Part shown: positions 8,820 through 18,256 of the stretch, piece after piece
Layout of the letters: each line of letters opens with the position of its first letter
Numbering within the stretch: the stretch's first letter is position 1
DNA from: a virus
Length of the DNA stretch: 36,365 nt
Virus record (IMG/VR): IMGVR_UViG_3300025291_000012
Span: 1-36,365 of that record
Strand: one strand, 5' to 3'
Notes under the pieces: generated by a model
Database searches by the model: none
What the model was told of the DNA's origin: nothing
The model's input: the letters and a program-made list of their open reading frames with translations, nothing else
Program-made: the position numbers and the translations under genes

Positions 8820-10061
8820 ATGGCAAGCTGGCGAGACAAGCTACGCCCGGCCTCTTTTCGTGGTGTGCCATTCGAGGTCGAAGGGGACAAGGTTCCCATC
8901 GGCCGCCGGGTGGTCACGCACGAATACCCGGGAAAGAATGTCCCCTATGTCGAGGACATGGGCCGCGTCACGCGTGAATACAAGATCACGGCCTTCGTCA
9001 TCGGCTCGGACTACATGGACAAGCGCGACAAGCTGCTCACCGCGGTGGAAACCGAGGGCAAGGGCGAGCTGGTGCATCCGTGGCTCGGCACGCTCAACGT
9101 CAAGGCCGGTGTCGGGGAAATGTCCCACTCGTGGAAAGACGGCGGCATGGTCACCTTCGATCTGACTTTTACCGAGTCGGGCGACCAGGCCACGCCCACG
9201 GCCAAGGTGAACACCGGCAAGGCTGCGTCCCTCGCCGGTGCTTCGCTGGCGGATGGGGCGCTGACGCGGTTCGAGCAGGCCATGGCGACGGTCAATTCCG
9301 CGCAGGTGACTGTTTCACAGCTGTCCAAGGCGGCGGGCGCCGCAATGGACGCCCTGCAGCAGTACGCGGCGCCGATCGCTGCGGCCATCGGGACGGCGCA
9401 GAACTTCGCCAACCTGGTGCTCAACGCGCCGGCCGAGCTGACTGGCTTGATCCGTGGCGTGCTGGCGAGCGTGCCGGGGGCGTTCCACATGTTCGATGGC
9501 TTCGGCTCCGGCCTCTCCAGCCTCTTCGGCAAGTCGTCGGCGGTGTCCACGCTGGCGACCGTGGTGCCGCCACAGGGCGAAGCTGCGGCGGCTGCGCACG
9601 ATGCCGTGGTGAAGCTCACGCAGGATCTGCTGATCGCCGACACCGTCAAGGAAGTCGGCGAGATGCCGGTGGCGACCGTTCCCGCGCCGCTGCCGAGCGC
9701 ACCGTCTGTCGATGTGCAGGTGCTGCAGCCCATCGAGCGACCGGAGATCCCCGTCGCAGACGATGTGCTGGAGGTGCGGGAGGAGATCGCGGAAACGATG
9801 TGGGAGCAAGCGCAGACCGCGCCGCAGTGGCATTACCAGCTGCTCACGGATGCGCGGATTCAGGTGTCGCGGCACCTGGCGACCGTGGCCCGGCCTGCAG
9901 CGCGCCTCACGACCGTGACACCTGGTCAGCCGGTGCCGGCGCTGGTGCTCGCCTATGCCCGTTATGGCGACGCCACGCGGGCCGACGAGATCGTGGTGCG
10001 CAATCGTGCCTCGCATCCCGGCTTCCTGCCTGCGGCGCCTTTACAGGTGGCGATGAAATGA
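8820..10061 (+). CDS. DNA circularization-type protein (Mu gp43-like)
   Basis: 413 aa with the N-terminus WRDKLRPASFRGVPFEV, in the syntenic position after the tape measure gene. Confidence 0.7.
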   Translation: MASWRDKLRPASFRGVPFEVEGDKVPIGRRVVTHEYPGKNVPYVEDMGRVTREYKITAFVIGSDYMDKRDKLLTAVETEGKGELVHPWLGTLNVKAGVGEMSHSWKDGGMVTFDLTFTESGDQATPTAKVNTGKAASLAGASLADGALTRFEQAMATVNSAQVTVSQLSKAAGAAMDALQQYAAPIAAAIGTAQNFANLVLNAPAELTGLIRGVLASVPGAFHMFDGFGSGLSSLFGKSSAVSTLATVVPPQGEAAAAAHDAVVKLTQDLLIADTVKEVGEMPVATVPAPLPSAPSVDVQVLQPIERPEIPVADDVLEVREEIAETMWEQAQTAPQWHYQLLTDARIQVSRHLATVARPAARLTTVTPGQPVPALVLAYARYGDATRADEIVVRNRASHPGFLPAAPLQVAMK

Positions 10062-11179
10062 GTGACGCGAGCGAGGTAACACTAACCGTCAACGGGATGG
10101 ACTATGGCGGCTGGAAAGACATCCGGATCACGGCGGGCATCGAGCGCCAGGCGCGGGACTTCTCGGTAGGTATTACGTGGAAGTGGCCGGGCGGCGGCGA
10201 ACGTCCGCGCCAGATCCGTCAAGGCGATCGCTGCGAGCTGCGCATTGGCAACGAGCTGGTGCTGACGGGCTGGGTCGACGCCACGCCGGTCCGCTGGAAC
10301 GCGCGCGAGATCTCCACGGCCGTCTCCGGCCGATCGCTGACCGGGGATCTGGTCGACTGCGGCGCCGACAACTCGCCGGGGCAATGGCGCAACCAGAGCG
10401 TGCGGCGGATCGTGCAGGCGCTGGCATCGCCCTACGGGATCCCGGTGGTTAGTGAGCTGCAGGACAACACCACGCTGGCCGATCACACGATCCAGCCAGG
10501 CGAATCGGCATTCCAGTCGATCGACCGGCTGCTGCGCCTGTCTCGATTGCTTTCCACTGACGACGCGCAGGGGCGGCTCGTGATCGCGAGGCCGGGCAGC
10601 GCTGGCCGGGCAGTCGACCGGCTGGAGCGAGGCGTCAACCTGATCAGTGGTGATGCGCCGCTGGACTTCACGGGCGTGTTTTCCGAGTACGTCAGCAAGG
10701 GCCAGCGCGCCGGATCGGATGAGGTCTTCGGCCTGGCGGCCAGCGAGGTCGAGGCGCGCGCCACCGACACGCGGATCCAGCGCAAGCGCGTCCTCGTGCT
10801 GCACGAGCGCGGGCAGACCACGCCAGAGCTTGCGCGTAAGCGGGTGGCATGGGAGCGCGAGAACCGGATCAGCAAGGCGCTGCAAACGACCTATGAGGTA
10901 CAGGGGTGGCGGCAGTCAAACGGCGCGCTGTGGCGGCACAACCAGATCGTGCGCGTGGTGGATCCGCTGGTCGGATTCGATCGGGATCTGCTCATTACGG
11001 AAATCGAATACAGCCTGAGCAACCAGGCCGGCACCAAGGCAAAGATCACCGTGGCGCCGCCCGATGGTTTCGAGGCCGAGCCGCCGGATCCGACCAAGCG
11101 CCGCAAGCGCGACAAGACGGGCAAGGGCAAGGACGATTTCGAGTACCTGCTGCCCGCCGATTGGGAAAAGAAAAAATGA
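10058..11179 (+). CDS. Baseplate hub protein (Mu gpP / late control D-like)
   Basis: The ATG at 10058 overlaps the upstream TGA. 373 aa. The tracked ORF's extension back to 9080 overlaps the previous gene. Confidence 0.75.
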   Translation: MSDASEVTLTVNGMDYGGWKDIRITAGIERQARDFSVGITWKWPGGGERPRQIRQGDRCELRIGNELVLTGWVDATPVRWNAREISTAVSGRSLTGDLVDCGADNSPGQWRNQSVRRIVQALASPYGIPVVSELQDNTTLADHTIQPGESAFQSIDRLLRLSRLLSTDDAQGRLVIARPGSAGRAVDRLERGVNLISGDAPLDFTGVFSEYVSKGQRAGSDEVFGLAASEVEARATDTRIQRKRVLVLHERGQTTPELARKRVAWERENRISKALQTTYEVQGWRQSNGALWRHNQIVRVVDPLVGFDRDLLITEIEYSLSNQAGTKAKITVAPPDGFEAEPPDPTKRRKRDKTGKGKDDFEYLLPADWEKKK

Positions 11180-11691
11180 ATCAGTCTGTGACAGGAATGA
11201 TTGCGCGAGGCGTGGTGGTGCTGGCGAACGCCAGTCGAAAGCTGCAGGCGCTGCAGCTGCGGCTGACCGCGCGCGAGGTCAAGGACAACGTCGAGCACTT
11301 CGAGCCGTACGGCTTCACCAGCAATCCGAAAGACGGCGCCGAGGCGCTGGTGGCGTTTCTGGGCGGCGATCGTTCGCACGGCGTGGCCTTTATGGTCACC
11401 GACCGTCGCGTGCGGTTGCAGGGGCTGCAGCCGGGCGAGGTGGCGATTTTCACGCATGAGGGTCAGGCGCTGGTGTTGAAAAACGGAAAGATCGCCGAGC
11501 TGACAACCGGCACCTTCCGCGTCAATGCCGAGGATCTGATTGAACTGAATGCGCCGAGGGTCACTGCTCCGAAGGACGTCGAGGCCGGCGGCAAGCTCAA
11601 GGTAACCGGGGACGTGGAGATCAACGGCAAGCCGGTGCTGCATCACCGGCACCCGGAAACCGGAAACATCACCGGGGAGATGCAGCAATGA
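11176..11691 (+). CDS. Baseplate assembly protein V / spike
   Basis: ATGA overlap at the start. 171 aa with the motif EHFEPYGFTS. Confidence 0.8.
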   Translation: MNQSVTGMIARGVVVLANASRKLQALQLRLTAREVKDNVEHFEPYGFTSNPKDGAEALVAFLGGDRSHGVAFMVTDRRVRLQGLQPGEVAIFTHEGQALVLKNGKIAELTTGTFRVNAEDLIELNAPRVTAPKDVEAGGKLKVTGDVEINGKPVLHHRHPETGNITGEMQQ

Positions 11692-12083
11692 CGGCGACCG
11701 CGCAGCAGGCGCTGCTCTATCGCGCGGTCGAGATCAGCCTTTTCTCCTGGCGGCGGGCTGAGCCTGACGACGAGATCGACGACGAGCAGCGCATGGGGTG
11801 GTGGGGCGACTCTTTCCCGGCCGTGGATGGCGACAAGCTCGGATCGCGCCTCTGGCTGTTGCGCCGGAAAACGATCACGCCGGAGGTCTTGCGCCAGGCC
11901 GAGGCATACGCGCGCGAGGCCCTGCAATGGATGATCGACGACGAGCTGGTGCGCACGGTAGAGATCCAGCTGACGAGGCCTAACCACACGCGCGTCGACA
12001 TGGTTGTGACGCTCACTGACGACGGCGGCCCGCTGCCGCCGTTCAACTTCGAAAACATCTGGCAGGTACAGCATGGCATTTAG
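11688..12083 (+). CDS. GP46-family baseplate protein
   Basis: 131 aa, ATGA-coupled to the upstream gene, located between the V and J genes. Confidence 0.7.
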   Translation: MTATAQQALLYRAVEISLFSWRRAEPDDEIDDEQRMGWWGDSFPAVDGDKLGSRLWLLRRKTITPEVLRQAEAYAREALQWMIDDELVRTVEIQLTRPNHTRVDMVVTLTDDGGPLPPFNFENIWQVQHGI

Positions 12084-13122
12084 CACTCCAACACTTCCGC
12101 AACTGGTACAGCGGGCCGATGCCGATCTGACGGCCAAATCGCTCGATACGCTGCGGCGCTCTGACCAGTTGGTGATTGCGCGCGTGCATGCCGGCGCGAC
12201 ATCGGGTCTGCATGGCCACGTCAAATGGGCGGCCGACCAGATCCTGCCCGACACCTGTGATGAGGACATGCTGCTGCGCATCGCCAAGCTGCGGCTAAAG
12301 ACGCCGCGCGGCGAGGCGGTGGCCTCTACCGGGCCTGTCGTGCTAAACGGCGTGCCCACAGCAGTAATCGACGCCGGCACGATCCTGCAGGTGCAGGATG
12401 GGCGCCGGTACGCGGTCGCCGCGTCTGTCGAGTTCGTGGGCACCACAGCCACCGTCACGGTCAACGCGGTCGATCCGGGCCGCGCCGGCGATGTCGACGA
12501 GGGCGTGACCATGGAGCTGGTGTCTCCTGTGCCTGGCGTCGAGTTCTCCGGTACTGTGGGCGCCGGCGGCATCAGCGGCGGCACCGATCAGGAACCGGTC
12601 GAGTCCTTGCGATCGCGGGTGATTCGGTCCTATCGCATCGTGCCGCAGGGTGGCGCGGCCGACGACTACGTGACGTGGGCGCTGGATGCTGGCTACGGCA
12701 TCACGCGCGCCTGGTGCATCCGCAACTACATGGGGCCGGGGACTGTGGGGCTGTTTGTCGTGCGCGACAACGATGCGGATCCGATCCCGGCGCAGGTGGT
12801 GCTCGAACAGATAAAGGCGGCCATCGAGGCGACGCGGCCTGTTACGGCCGAGCTTTACGTGCTCGCGCCGGTGCCCCGTGCCATCGCCTTCCAAGTCAAG
12901 GCGTTTCCCGATACCTCGCAGACCCGTGCGGCGATTGAAAAATCCCTGCGTGATCTCCTCCGGCGTGAGGGCGATCTCGGCGTCACGGTGATCTGGACGC
13001 ACCTCACGGAGGCTATCAGCGTCTCGCCGGGTGAGAACGACCATCAACTCGCCGTCCCCGCTGGAAACGTGCTTCTTGCGCCCAACGAAATGCCGACATT
13101 CGGGAGCATTGCATGGCTGTGA
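12073..13122 (+). CDS. Baseplate J-like protein (Mu gp47)
   Basis: 349 aa in the syntenic position. Confidence 0.85.
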   Translation: MAFSTPTLPQLVQRADADLTAKSLDTLRRSDQLVIARVHAGATSGLHGHVKWAADQILPDTCDEDMLLRIAKLRLKTPRGEAVASTGPVVLNGVPTAVIDAGTILQVQDGRRYAVAASVEFVGTTATVTVNAVDPGRAGDVDEGVTMELVSPVPGVEFSGTVGAGGISGGTDQEPVESLRSRVIRSYRIVPQGGAADDYVTWALDAGYGITRAWCIRNYMGPGTVGLFVVRDNDADPIPAQVVLEQIKAAIEATRPVTAELYVLAPVPRAIAFQVKAFPDTSQTRAAIEKSLRDLLRREGDLGVTVIWTHLTEAISVSPGENDHQLAVPAGNVLLAPNEMPTFGSIAWL

Positions 13123-13712
13123 GATCAGAGGCGGACTACCGGCAGCAGCTGGCTGCGCTTCTTCCGCCTGGCCCTGCGTGGGAGCTGGAGCAGGCGCCAG
13201 CCATTCATGCGCTGCTTGCGGGTCTCGGTCCGGAATTCGCGCGGGTCGACGCGCGGGTAAGCGCTTTGATCGACGAGGCGGATCCCGCGACGGTGCGGGA
13301 GCTTGTTCCGGACTGGGAGCGCGTCATGGGGCTGCCCGATCCGTGCATGGGGGCATCGCCATCGTTTGAGGATAGGCGTAAGGCGGTGCGTGATCGGCAC
13401 GTCGCGATCGGCGGTCAGAGCATTCCCTACTTCCTGTCGATCGTCTGGCAGCAGGGCTATCTCGGGGCAACGATCACCGAGCATCGCGCGCCACGTTTCC
13501 GTCGATCCCGATTCGGGTCTGCCGGGTTCGGAACGTGGCGGAAGCAGTTTTTCTGGACGTTGAACCTTGGACGGCGGATCGAGGGTGGTCGGCGCTGGGG
13601 CGTCACCCAGTGGGGTGAGCGGTTCGGCATGAACCAAAACGAGGGCATCGAGTGCCTGGTGAAGCGTTATGCGCCGGCCCACACGGTGGTGCTATTCAAC
13701 TACGAGGAGTGA
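13113..13712 (+). CDS. DUF2313/YmfQ-type tail protein (Mu gp48)
   Basis: 199 aa, follows the J gene. Confidence 0.7.
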   Translation: MAVRSEADYRQQLAALLPPGPAWELEQAPAIHALLAGLGPEFARVDARVSALIDEADPATVRELVPDWERVMGLPDPCMGASPSFEDRRKAVRDRHVAIGGQSIPYFLSIVWQQGYLGATITEHRAPRFRRSRFGSAGFGTWRKQFFWTLNLGRRIEGGRRWGVTQWGERFGMNQNEGIECLVKRYAPAHTVVLFNYEE

Positions 13713-13713
13713 A

Positions 13714-14580
13714 ATGGATTATCCAAAAACAGTGCCTGGTGTCGGCTTGGTGAATGGCAAGTTTGTCGACGAAGATGCCACCACGGGCCAGATTGGGTCG
13801 CTGATCCCTAGCAAATGGGGGAACTTGATCAGTGACGAGCTGCTCGCAATTTTGGCTTTGGCGGGGATCGCTCCAAACGAGAACGTCAGTGACCAGGTGG
13901 CTACGGCTATCCGTGCGCTCATGCAGGTGCAGGCGTCCAACTACGGTGTAGATGTCGGGGTGGCAAACGTCTATGCGGCCACGTTCGGACCAGCTGTAAC
14001 CGCTCTGACGAATGGTATGCGATTGCGCATCAAGGTGAAGACCACGAACACCGGAGCTTCGACGTTCGCGCCGGACGCGATCGCTGCTAAACCTATCTGG
14101 GGTGGAAATCACCAGGCATTGCAAGGTGGCGAGCTGGTGGTGGGTGGCATCGCGACGCTGGAGTGGAATGCGGCTTTGAATTCGGGGGCCGGCGTCTGGG
14201 TGCTGATTCAATGCTCGGGCGGCGCGTTGCAGGTGGCTCCGGCGGCGACCAGTCAGCAGGCGGTGACTCTGGGGCAATTCTTGTCATCGTTGAGTGCATA
14301 CGGTTCCATCCGTATTCCCGTTCTTGTGGGCTCCGTTGTTCGCTCTCTCATTGTGAACTGGGGGTCTTTTGCGGGATCTGGTTCCGGCGACACTCCCGTC
14401 ACGTTCAACACGGCATTTCCGAATGCCTTTTTCCTTGCGGTGGTATCCGGCCAGTGCTCTGGTACGGGCGCATGGGGTGGCTACAACAGTGCCACGCTGT
14501 CCGGAATGAATGGTAACTGGTGGTCTGCGAGCGGTACGCGCCAGTCTGGGAATGCCACATACATCGCGTTGGGTTGGTAA
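13714..14580 (+). CDS. Tail fiber protein
   Basis: ATG at 13714. 288 aa and Gly/Ser-rich. Third-codon-position GC is visibly lower than in neighbouring genes. Confidence 0.75.
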   Translation: MDYPKTVPGVGLVNGKFVDEDATTGQIGSLIPSKWGNLISDELLAILALAGIAPNENVSDQVATAIRALMQVQASNYGVDVGVANVYAATFGPAVTALTNGMRLRIKVKTTNTGASTFAPDAIAAKPIWGGNHQALQGGELVVGGIATLEWNAALNSGAGVWVLIQCSGGALQVAPAATSQQAVTLGQFLSSLSAYGSIRIPVLVGSVVRSLIVNWGSFAGSGSGDTPVTFNTAFPNAFFLAVVSGQCSGTGAWGGYNSATLSGMNGNWWSASGTRQSGNATYIALGW

Positions 14581-14591
14581 AGGGGACGGTC

Positions 14592-15164
14592 ATGGCAATT
14601 TATTACGGGAAGTTGGTGGACGGGTCGTTTGGCTTCATGGATACGGCTGACTTCGGCGCACGGACGGTGTTAGTCGTCGATCCGCAGTGGCGACGTCCGA
14701 CGATCCAGATTCCGGATCCCACGTGGCAGGCTGGGGCGCATCCTGGGGAATCGGTGCCGCTGATAGAGGTGCCCGATATGGCTGCGGAGCCTCCGCTTAT
14801 CGAAGTGGATAACCCGGATTGCCGCATTCCGCCGGATGCGTGCCTGGTCACCGCAGAACAGCGTGCCGCGATGATGGTGGCGCAGGGTGATGGGAAGGTG
14901 ATCGTGTGCGGCGTGGATGGGTGCCCTATCTTGACGGATCGCCCTGCGCCCACGCTGGAGCAGGTGGTGGCTGCAAACACGACGCAGAGGAATGAGCTGC
15001 TGGCAGTTGCCGCTGCGCGTATTGCGCCGCTGCAGGATGCCGTCGATCTCGGCATTGCAACGGACGGCGAGCAGACAGCGCTCCTGGCGTGGAAGCGATA
15101 TCGCGTGGATATAAGCCGGGTCGATCTCGCTGCGCCGGTCTGGCCGCAGTCGCCTGGCACCTGA
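14592..15164 (+). CDS. Tail fiber assembly chaperone
   Basis: ATG at 14592. 190 aa with a C-terminal motif PLQDAVDLGIAT..ALLAWKRYR typical of fiber assembly proteins. Confidence 0.75.
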   Translation: MAIYYGKLVDGSFGFMDTADFGARTVLVVDPQWRRPTIQIPDPTWQAGAHPGESVPLIEVPDMAAEPPLIEVDNPDCRIPPDACLVTAEQRAAMMVAQGDGKVIVCGVDGCPILTDRPAPTLEQVVAANTTQRNELLAVAAARIAPLQDAVDLGIATDGEQTALLAWKRYRVDISRVDLAAPVWPQSPGT

Positions 15165-15187
15165 AGTTCATCTGGTTCCCGTCAATC

Positions 15188-15216
15188 AAGCCCGCATGCG
15201 CGGGCTTTTTCTTTTC
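15188..15216 (+). terminator. Rho-independent terminator after the tail operon
   Basis: aagcccgc (15188-15195) pairs with gcgggctt (15200-15207), followed by tttcttttc. Confidence 0.7.
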
Positions 15217-15220
15217 GTTC

Positions 15221-15862
15221 ATGGACAAACGAGCTTTCAAGATGGCTGCCGGCCTGAGTGATGCGCTGGCTGATCGGTGGTGGCCGCACGTCGACGCGGC
15301 ACTTTTCGAATTCGGGATCCTGTTGCCGCAACGTGTGGCGGGGTGGATCGCGCAGGTGGGGCACGAATCGCAGGGCTTCACGCGGTTGCAGGAATCATTC
15401 GACTACAAGCCGCAGGCGCTGATCGATACGTTTGGCAAGCGCATGCCGGCAAGCCTGGCGGCCACGCTTGGCCGTCAGCCCGGCGAGCCCGCTGTCCCGA
15501 TCGAGCGACAGCGGCGGATTGCGTCGATTGTCTACGCCGGCCGGTACGGCAATGGTGATGCGGCAAGCGGTGACGGCTGGCGTTACAGCGGGCACGGCCT
15601 GAAACAGATCACGTTCTTCGACAACCACAAGGCCTGCGGCCGGGCGCTTGGCGTCGACCTGATTGAGCATCCCGAGCTGCTGGCGAAGGATGACGCCTTA
15701 GCGGCTCGGTCCGCCGCATGGTTCTGGTTCGCCAACGGTTGCAATCAGTTGGCCGATGCCGGTGATTTTCTGGGATTAACCCGCCGAATCAATGGCGGTG
15801 AAACGGGGCTGGATAAGCGAATGGCGCGCTGGCAGCTCGCAAGGCAATTTATCAACGGGTGA
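15221..15862 (+). CDS. Endolysin, glycoside hydrolase family 19 (chitinase class I-like)
   Basis: ATG at 15221. 213 aa with motifs AQVGHESQGF and INGG. No signal peptide is evident. Confidence 0.85.
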   Translation: MDKRAFKMAAGLSDALADRWWPHVDAALFEFGILLPQRVAGWIAQVGHESQGFTRLQESFDYKPQALIDTFGKRMPASLAATLGRQPGEPAVPIERQRRIASIVYAGRYGNGDAASGDGWRYSGHGLKQITFFDNHKACGRALGVDLIEHPELLAKDDALAARSAAWFWFANGCNQLADAGDFLGLTRRINGGETGLDKRMARWQLARQFING

Positions 15863-15876
15863 AAAAGAGGGGTCTC

Positions 15877-16173
15877 ATGCAGGAACACGAAAGGAATCTC
15901 TACATGCTGCTGGTCATGGGTGCATTGATTGGGCTTGGCAAGCTCCTGGTGAGCGATGACCCGATCACGCTGCGTCTGATCTTTGGGCGCGCGGTGCTGG
16001 GGGCGGCAACGTCAATGGTTGCTGGGGTCGGCCTGATGCAGTTTCCGGGCATGCCGCCGATGGCGCTGTATGGGGTCGGCTGCGCGCTCGGTATCGTGGG
16101 GTCGCAGTACTTGGAAGTTTGGCTCAAGCGGTGGATGAACCGACAAGGAGGTAACCGTGGGAAGCGTGCTTAA
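15877..16173 (+). CDS. Holin (three predicted TM segments)
   Basis: ATG at 15877 with SD aagagggg. 98 aa with a basic C-terminal tail. An alternative GTG start lies at 15859. Confidence 0.7.
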   Translation: MQEHERNLYMLLVMGALIGLGKLLVSDDPITLRLIFGRAVLGAATSMVAGVGLMQFPGMPPMALYGVGCALGIVGSQYLEVWLKRWMNRQGGNRGKRA

Positions 16174-16729
16174 GGGTGTAGCTGTTGCGCTGGCGGGCTG
16201 GCGTGGCTATGTGTTCGTGTTCGTGCTGGGGGCGTTGCTGGCCGGCACCGGCGTTTGGAAATGGCTGGCGAATGCGTATGAACGCCAGCTGGCCGATCTA
16301 CGTGCGACGCATGCCGCCGAGGTTGCCGCCGCTGCACGCGACGCGCGCGGCTGGTCGGACCTCTATCGAGAGTTCGAGCGTAACGCGGGCCTGGCTCGCG
16401 ACAACATCATGGCGCAAGCCAGAAAGGAAGCTGATGATGAAAAAATTGCCGCTGCAGCTGCTTTGGCTGAGTATCGTGCTGGCACTCGCCGGCTGTCACT
16501 CGCCATCCGTAACCATCAGGCCGGATCGACAGGTGATGTGCCCACGGATGCCAGAACTGCCTCCGGACCTGGTCAAGCGAGAGCCGAACTTGATCCGGAG
16601 ACTGGAGGCGCTCTCTACGCCATCGCAGTCGACGGTAACGCCGGCATCCGGGATGCCAATGCCTGTATCGACATTTACAACGCCGTCCGCGCTGAGGTAG
16701 GGGCTGTGGTCGGGGTGGTTGACGAGTAG
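16157..16729 (+). CDS. Rz: i-spanin (Rz-like)
   Basis: GTG at 16157 after SD aaggagg. It has an N-terminal TM segment and then a coiled periplasmic domain. Confidence 0.75.
   Translation: MGSVLKGVAVALAGWRGYVFVFVLGALLAGTGVWKWLANAYERQLADLRATHAAEVAAAARDARGWSDLYREFERNAGLARDNIMAQARKEADDEKIAAAAALAEYRAGTRRLSLAIRNHQAGSTGDVPTDARTASGPGQARAELDPETGGALYAIAVDGNAGIRDANACIDIYNAVRAEVGAVVGVVDE
16434..16700 (+). CDS. Rz1: o-spanin lipoprotein (Rz1-like), fully embedded in Rz in the +1 frame
   Basis: MMKKLPLQLLWLSIVLALAGC provides a signal sequence and LAGC lipobox. The mature part is Pro-rich, and SD aaggaag lies upstream. Confidence 0.8.
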   Translation: MMKKLPLQLLWLSIVLALAGCHSPSVTIRPDRQVMCPRMPELPPDLVKREPNLIRRLEALSTPSQSTVTPASGMPMPVSTFTTPSALR

Positions 16730-17796
16730 GCTTTGGGTCGCACCTCGATGCGCCGTGCAATGGCCCCGCCCAGTAGCTGGGTGGGGCGTTCCACCAAGTG
16801 ATAGGCAGCATATGCTGCGAGTAGCGTGGTGGAGAATATGGCGATCGGGTACATGCCGCTTGCCGCCAGCATGGCATCGATGTCTGCGGAAAGATTCTTG
16901 TGCAGCCATCCAGCCGTGTATATGACAGGAAGGTGGAGTAGGTAAATTGAGTACGTATAGTCGCCCATAGCGGCGGCTCGCTTGCCGACCCGATCCTCAA
17001 ACAGCATTACTGACAGCGCGAACAACGCTGCCGGCACACCCCAGCCAATGAAGCGAGGCAGCAGCCAATCAAAGGCGTACAAGCGCACTTCCATTCGCGG
17101 GACGCTCATGCCCCATTCGTGAGGCCAGTCGGTGCCGTGTGCGGCAAACAGCAGTAACACCGCGCTGCCGATTGCGATTGGTACGCGATGGGCTACCAGT
17201 TGACTCCATATTGCCGGACGCTGCCAAAGGGTGCCAAGCGCAATGCCGAAGGCAAACTCGACGATGATGGAGGCGGTGAAATAAATCGTGTTGTCGATCA
17301 GCAGTGACGCGCACCCTAGCAGCGTGACGGTAATAGCAGCAGCCTTTGTTTTCCAGGGGAGCAGCATACAAACGGCGGTCAGCGCATAGAAGTACATCTC
17401 AAAATGCAATGTCCAGCCGGATGGCAGGGGTGGATCCCGGAAACCCGCCGGGCTCAGGTAGGGGGCGAAGGTCAGCCATTTCCAGTACCACTGAAGATCG
17501 ACGCCATTGACGGTCATGAAGGCGATGATGGTCAAGGCATAGAGGGGCCAGATTCGGAGCACTCGGCGTGTTGCAAAGCCCAATGCGTTGCGCAGGCCTG
17601 GCGTGCGGCCGGCGGTGGTCAAGGCCATGAGAAAGCCGCTGATGCAGAAGAACAGATCCACGCCAATGGATCCGCACACGGCTGCGCCGCGCCCGCAATT
17701 GGCTGGATTGCCATACGGCATGGCCCAAGGCGGCATGTGGGCAAAGAGAACCGACAAAGCGGCGATAAGCCGCAGCAGTTGAATGCTGTTTAGCAT
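16675..17796 (-). CDS. Acyltransferase family 3 membrane protein (OafA-like polysaccharide/O-antigen acyltransferase)
   Basis: 373 aa and polytopic, with the N-terminus MLNSIQLLRLIAALSVLFAH. It lies on the opposite strand and has lower GC3. Its 3-prime end overlaps the Rz 3-prime end by 55 bp. Confidence 0.8.
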   Translation of the reverse strand: MLNSIQLLRLIAALSVLFAHMPPWAMPYGNPANCGRGAAVCGSIGVDLFFCISGFLMALTTAGRTPGLRNALGFATRRVLRIWPLYALTIIAFMTVNGVDLQWYWKWLTFAPYLSPAGFRDPPLPSGWTLHFEMYFYALTAVCMLLPWKTKAAAITVTLLGCASLLIDNTIYFTASIIVEFAFGIALGTLWQRPAIWSQLVAHRVPIAIGSAVLLLFAAHGTDWPHEWGMSVPRMEVRLYAFDWLLPRFIGWGVPAALFALSVMLFEDRVGKRAAAMGDYTYSIYLLHLPVIYTAGWLHKNLSADIDAMLAASGMYPIAIFSTTLLAAYAAYHLVERPTQLLGGAIARRIEVRPKAYSSTTPTTAPTSARTAL

Positions 17797-17891
17797 TTTT
17801 GTTGTTGTTTTGTGTCTTGGTAGATACAGTCCGCCCTTTTACGCGGGATTTGTGCTGTTGACAACAGTAGAAGGCGCCGGGTTGCGTTGCC

Positions 17892-17919
17892 TTCACACGT
17901 TCCTAGGGGTATTTATACT
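17892..17919 (+). promoter_or_regulatory. Candidate sigma70 promoter (TTCACA, 16 bp spacer, TATACT)
   Basis: The hexamers lie at 17892-17897 and 17914-17919, in an AT-rich spacer upstream of the Cys-rich ORF. Confidence 0.4.
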
Positions 17920-17946
17920 GTATGGATAAACAGTTATAAATTCCCT

Positions 17947-18162
17947 ATGTCCGGCACCGGCTTCATGCCGCCACCCCCGCCCATGCCGTCCTACTCGGTC
18001 CCCGAGTCGATCTGCCGGAGCTGCGCGCGCCTCCATTTCGGCGTCCGATACGAATTCCCCCATCCTCGCCTCTGGATGGAATGCATCTACGCCGTGCCAT
18101 ATGCGCCCATCAAGGAGCTGTGCTGCCCCCACTACGTGCGCGAGCCAGGCGCAGACGACTAA
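17947..18162 (+). CDS. Cys-rich 71-aa protein, unknown function (possible zinc-binding)
   Basis: ATG at 17947. GC3 bias is very strong. The sequence has a CxxC motif, a distal CC-x-H, and a Pro-rich N-terminus. No SD is present. Confidence 0.55.
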   Translation: MSGTGFMPPPPPMPSYSVPESICRSCARLHFGVRYEFPHPRLWMECIYAVPYAPIKELCCPHYVREPGADD

Positions 18163-18198
18163 ACATCTTCCCGCGCTAGATGGGGCGTGCGGCCCGCT

Positions 18199-18218
18199 AT
18201 ACAACCAAGTGGTTGTAT
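18199..18218. repeat. Inverted repeat with 9-bp arms
   Basis: atacaacca (18199-18207), spacer ag, then tggttgtat (18210-18218). Confidence 0.6.
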
Positions 18219-18256
18219 CTCCCATTTACTACGTATGTGATGTGAGCTTCGATAAT

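Noticed and set aside
9080-10057. Long N-terminal extension of the baseplate hub ORF (tracked as 9080-11179)
   Set aside because: The extension fully overlaps the preceding gene in another frame and is Arg/Gly/Ala low-complexity. An ATG at 10058 is coupled to the upstream stop.
16185-16433. Upstream part of the 171-aa ORF containing Rz1
   Set aside because: The lipoprotein signal begins at the ATG at 16434, which has its own SD. The upstream part merely stays open inside Rz.
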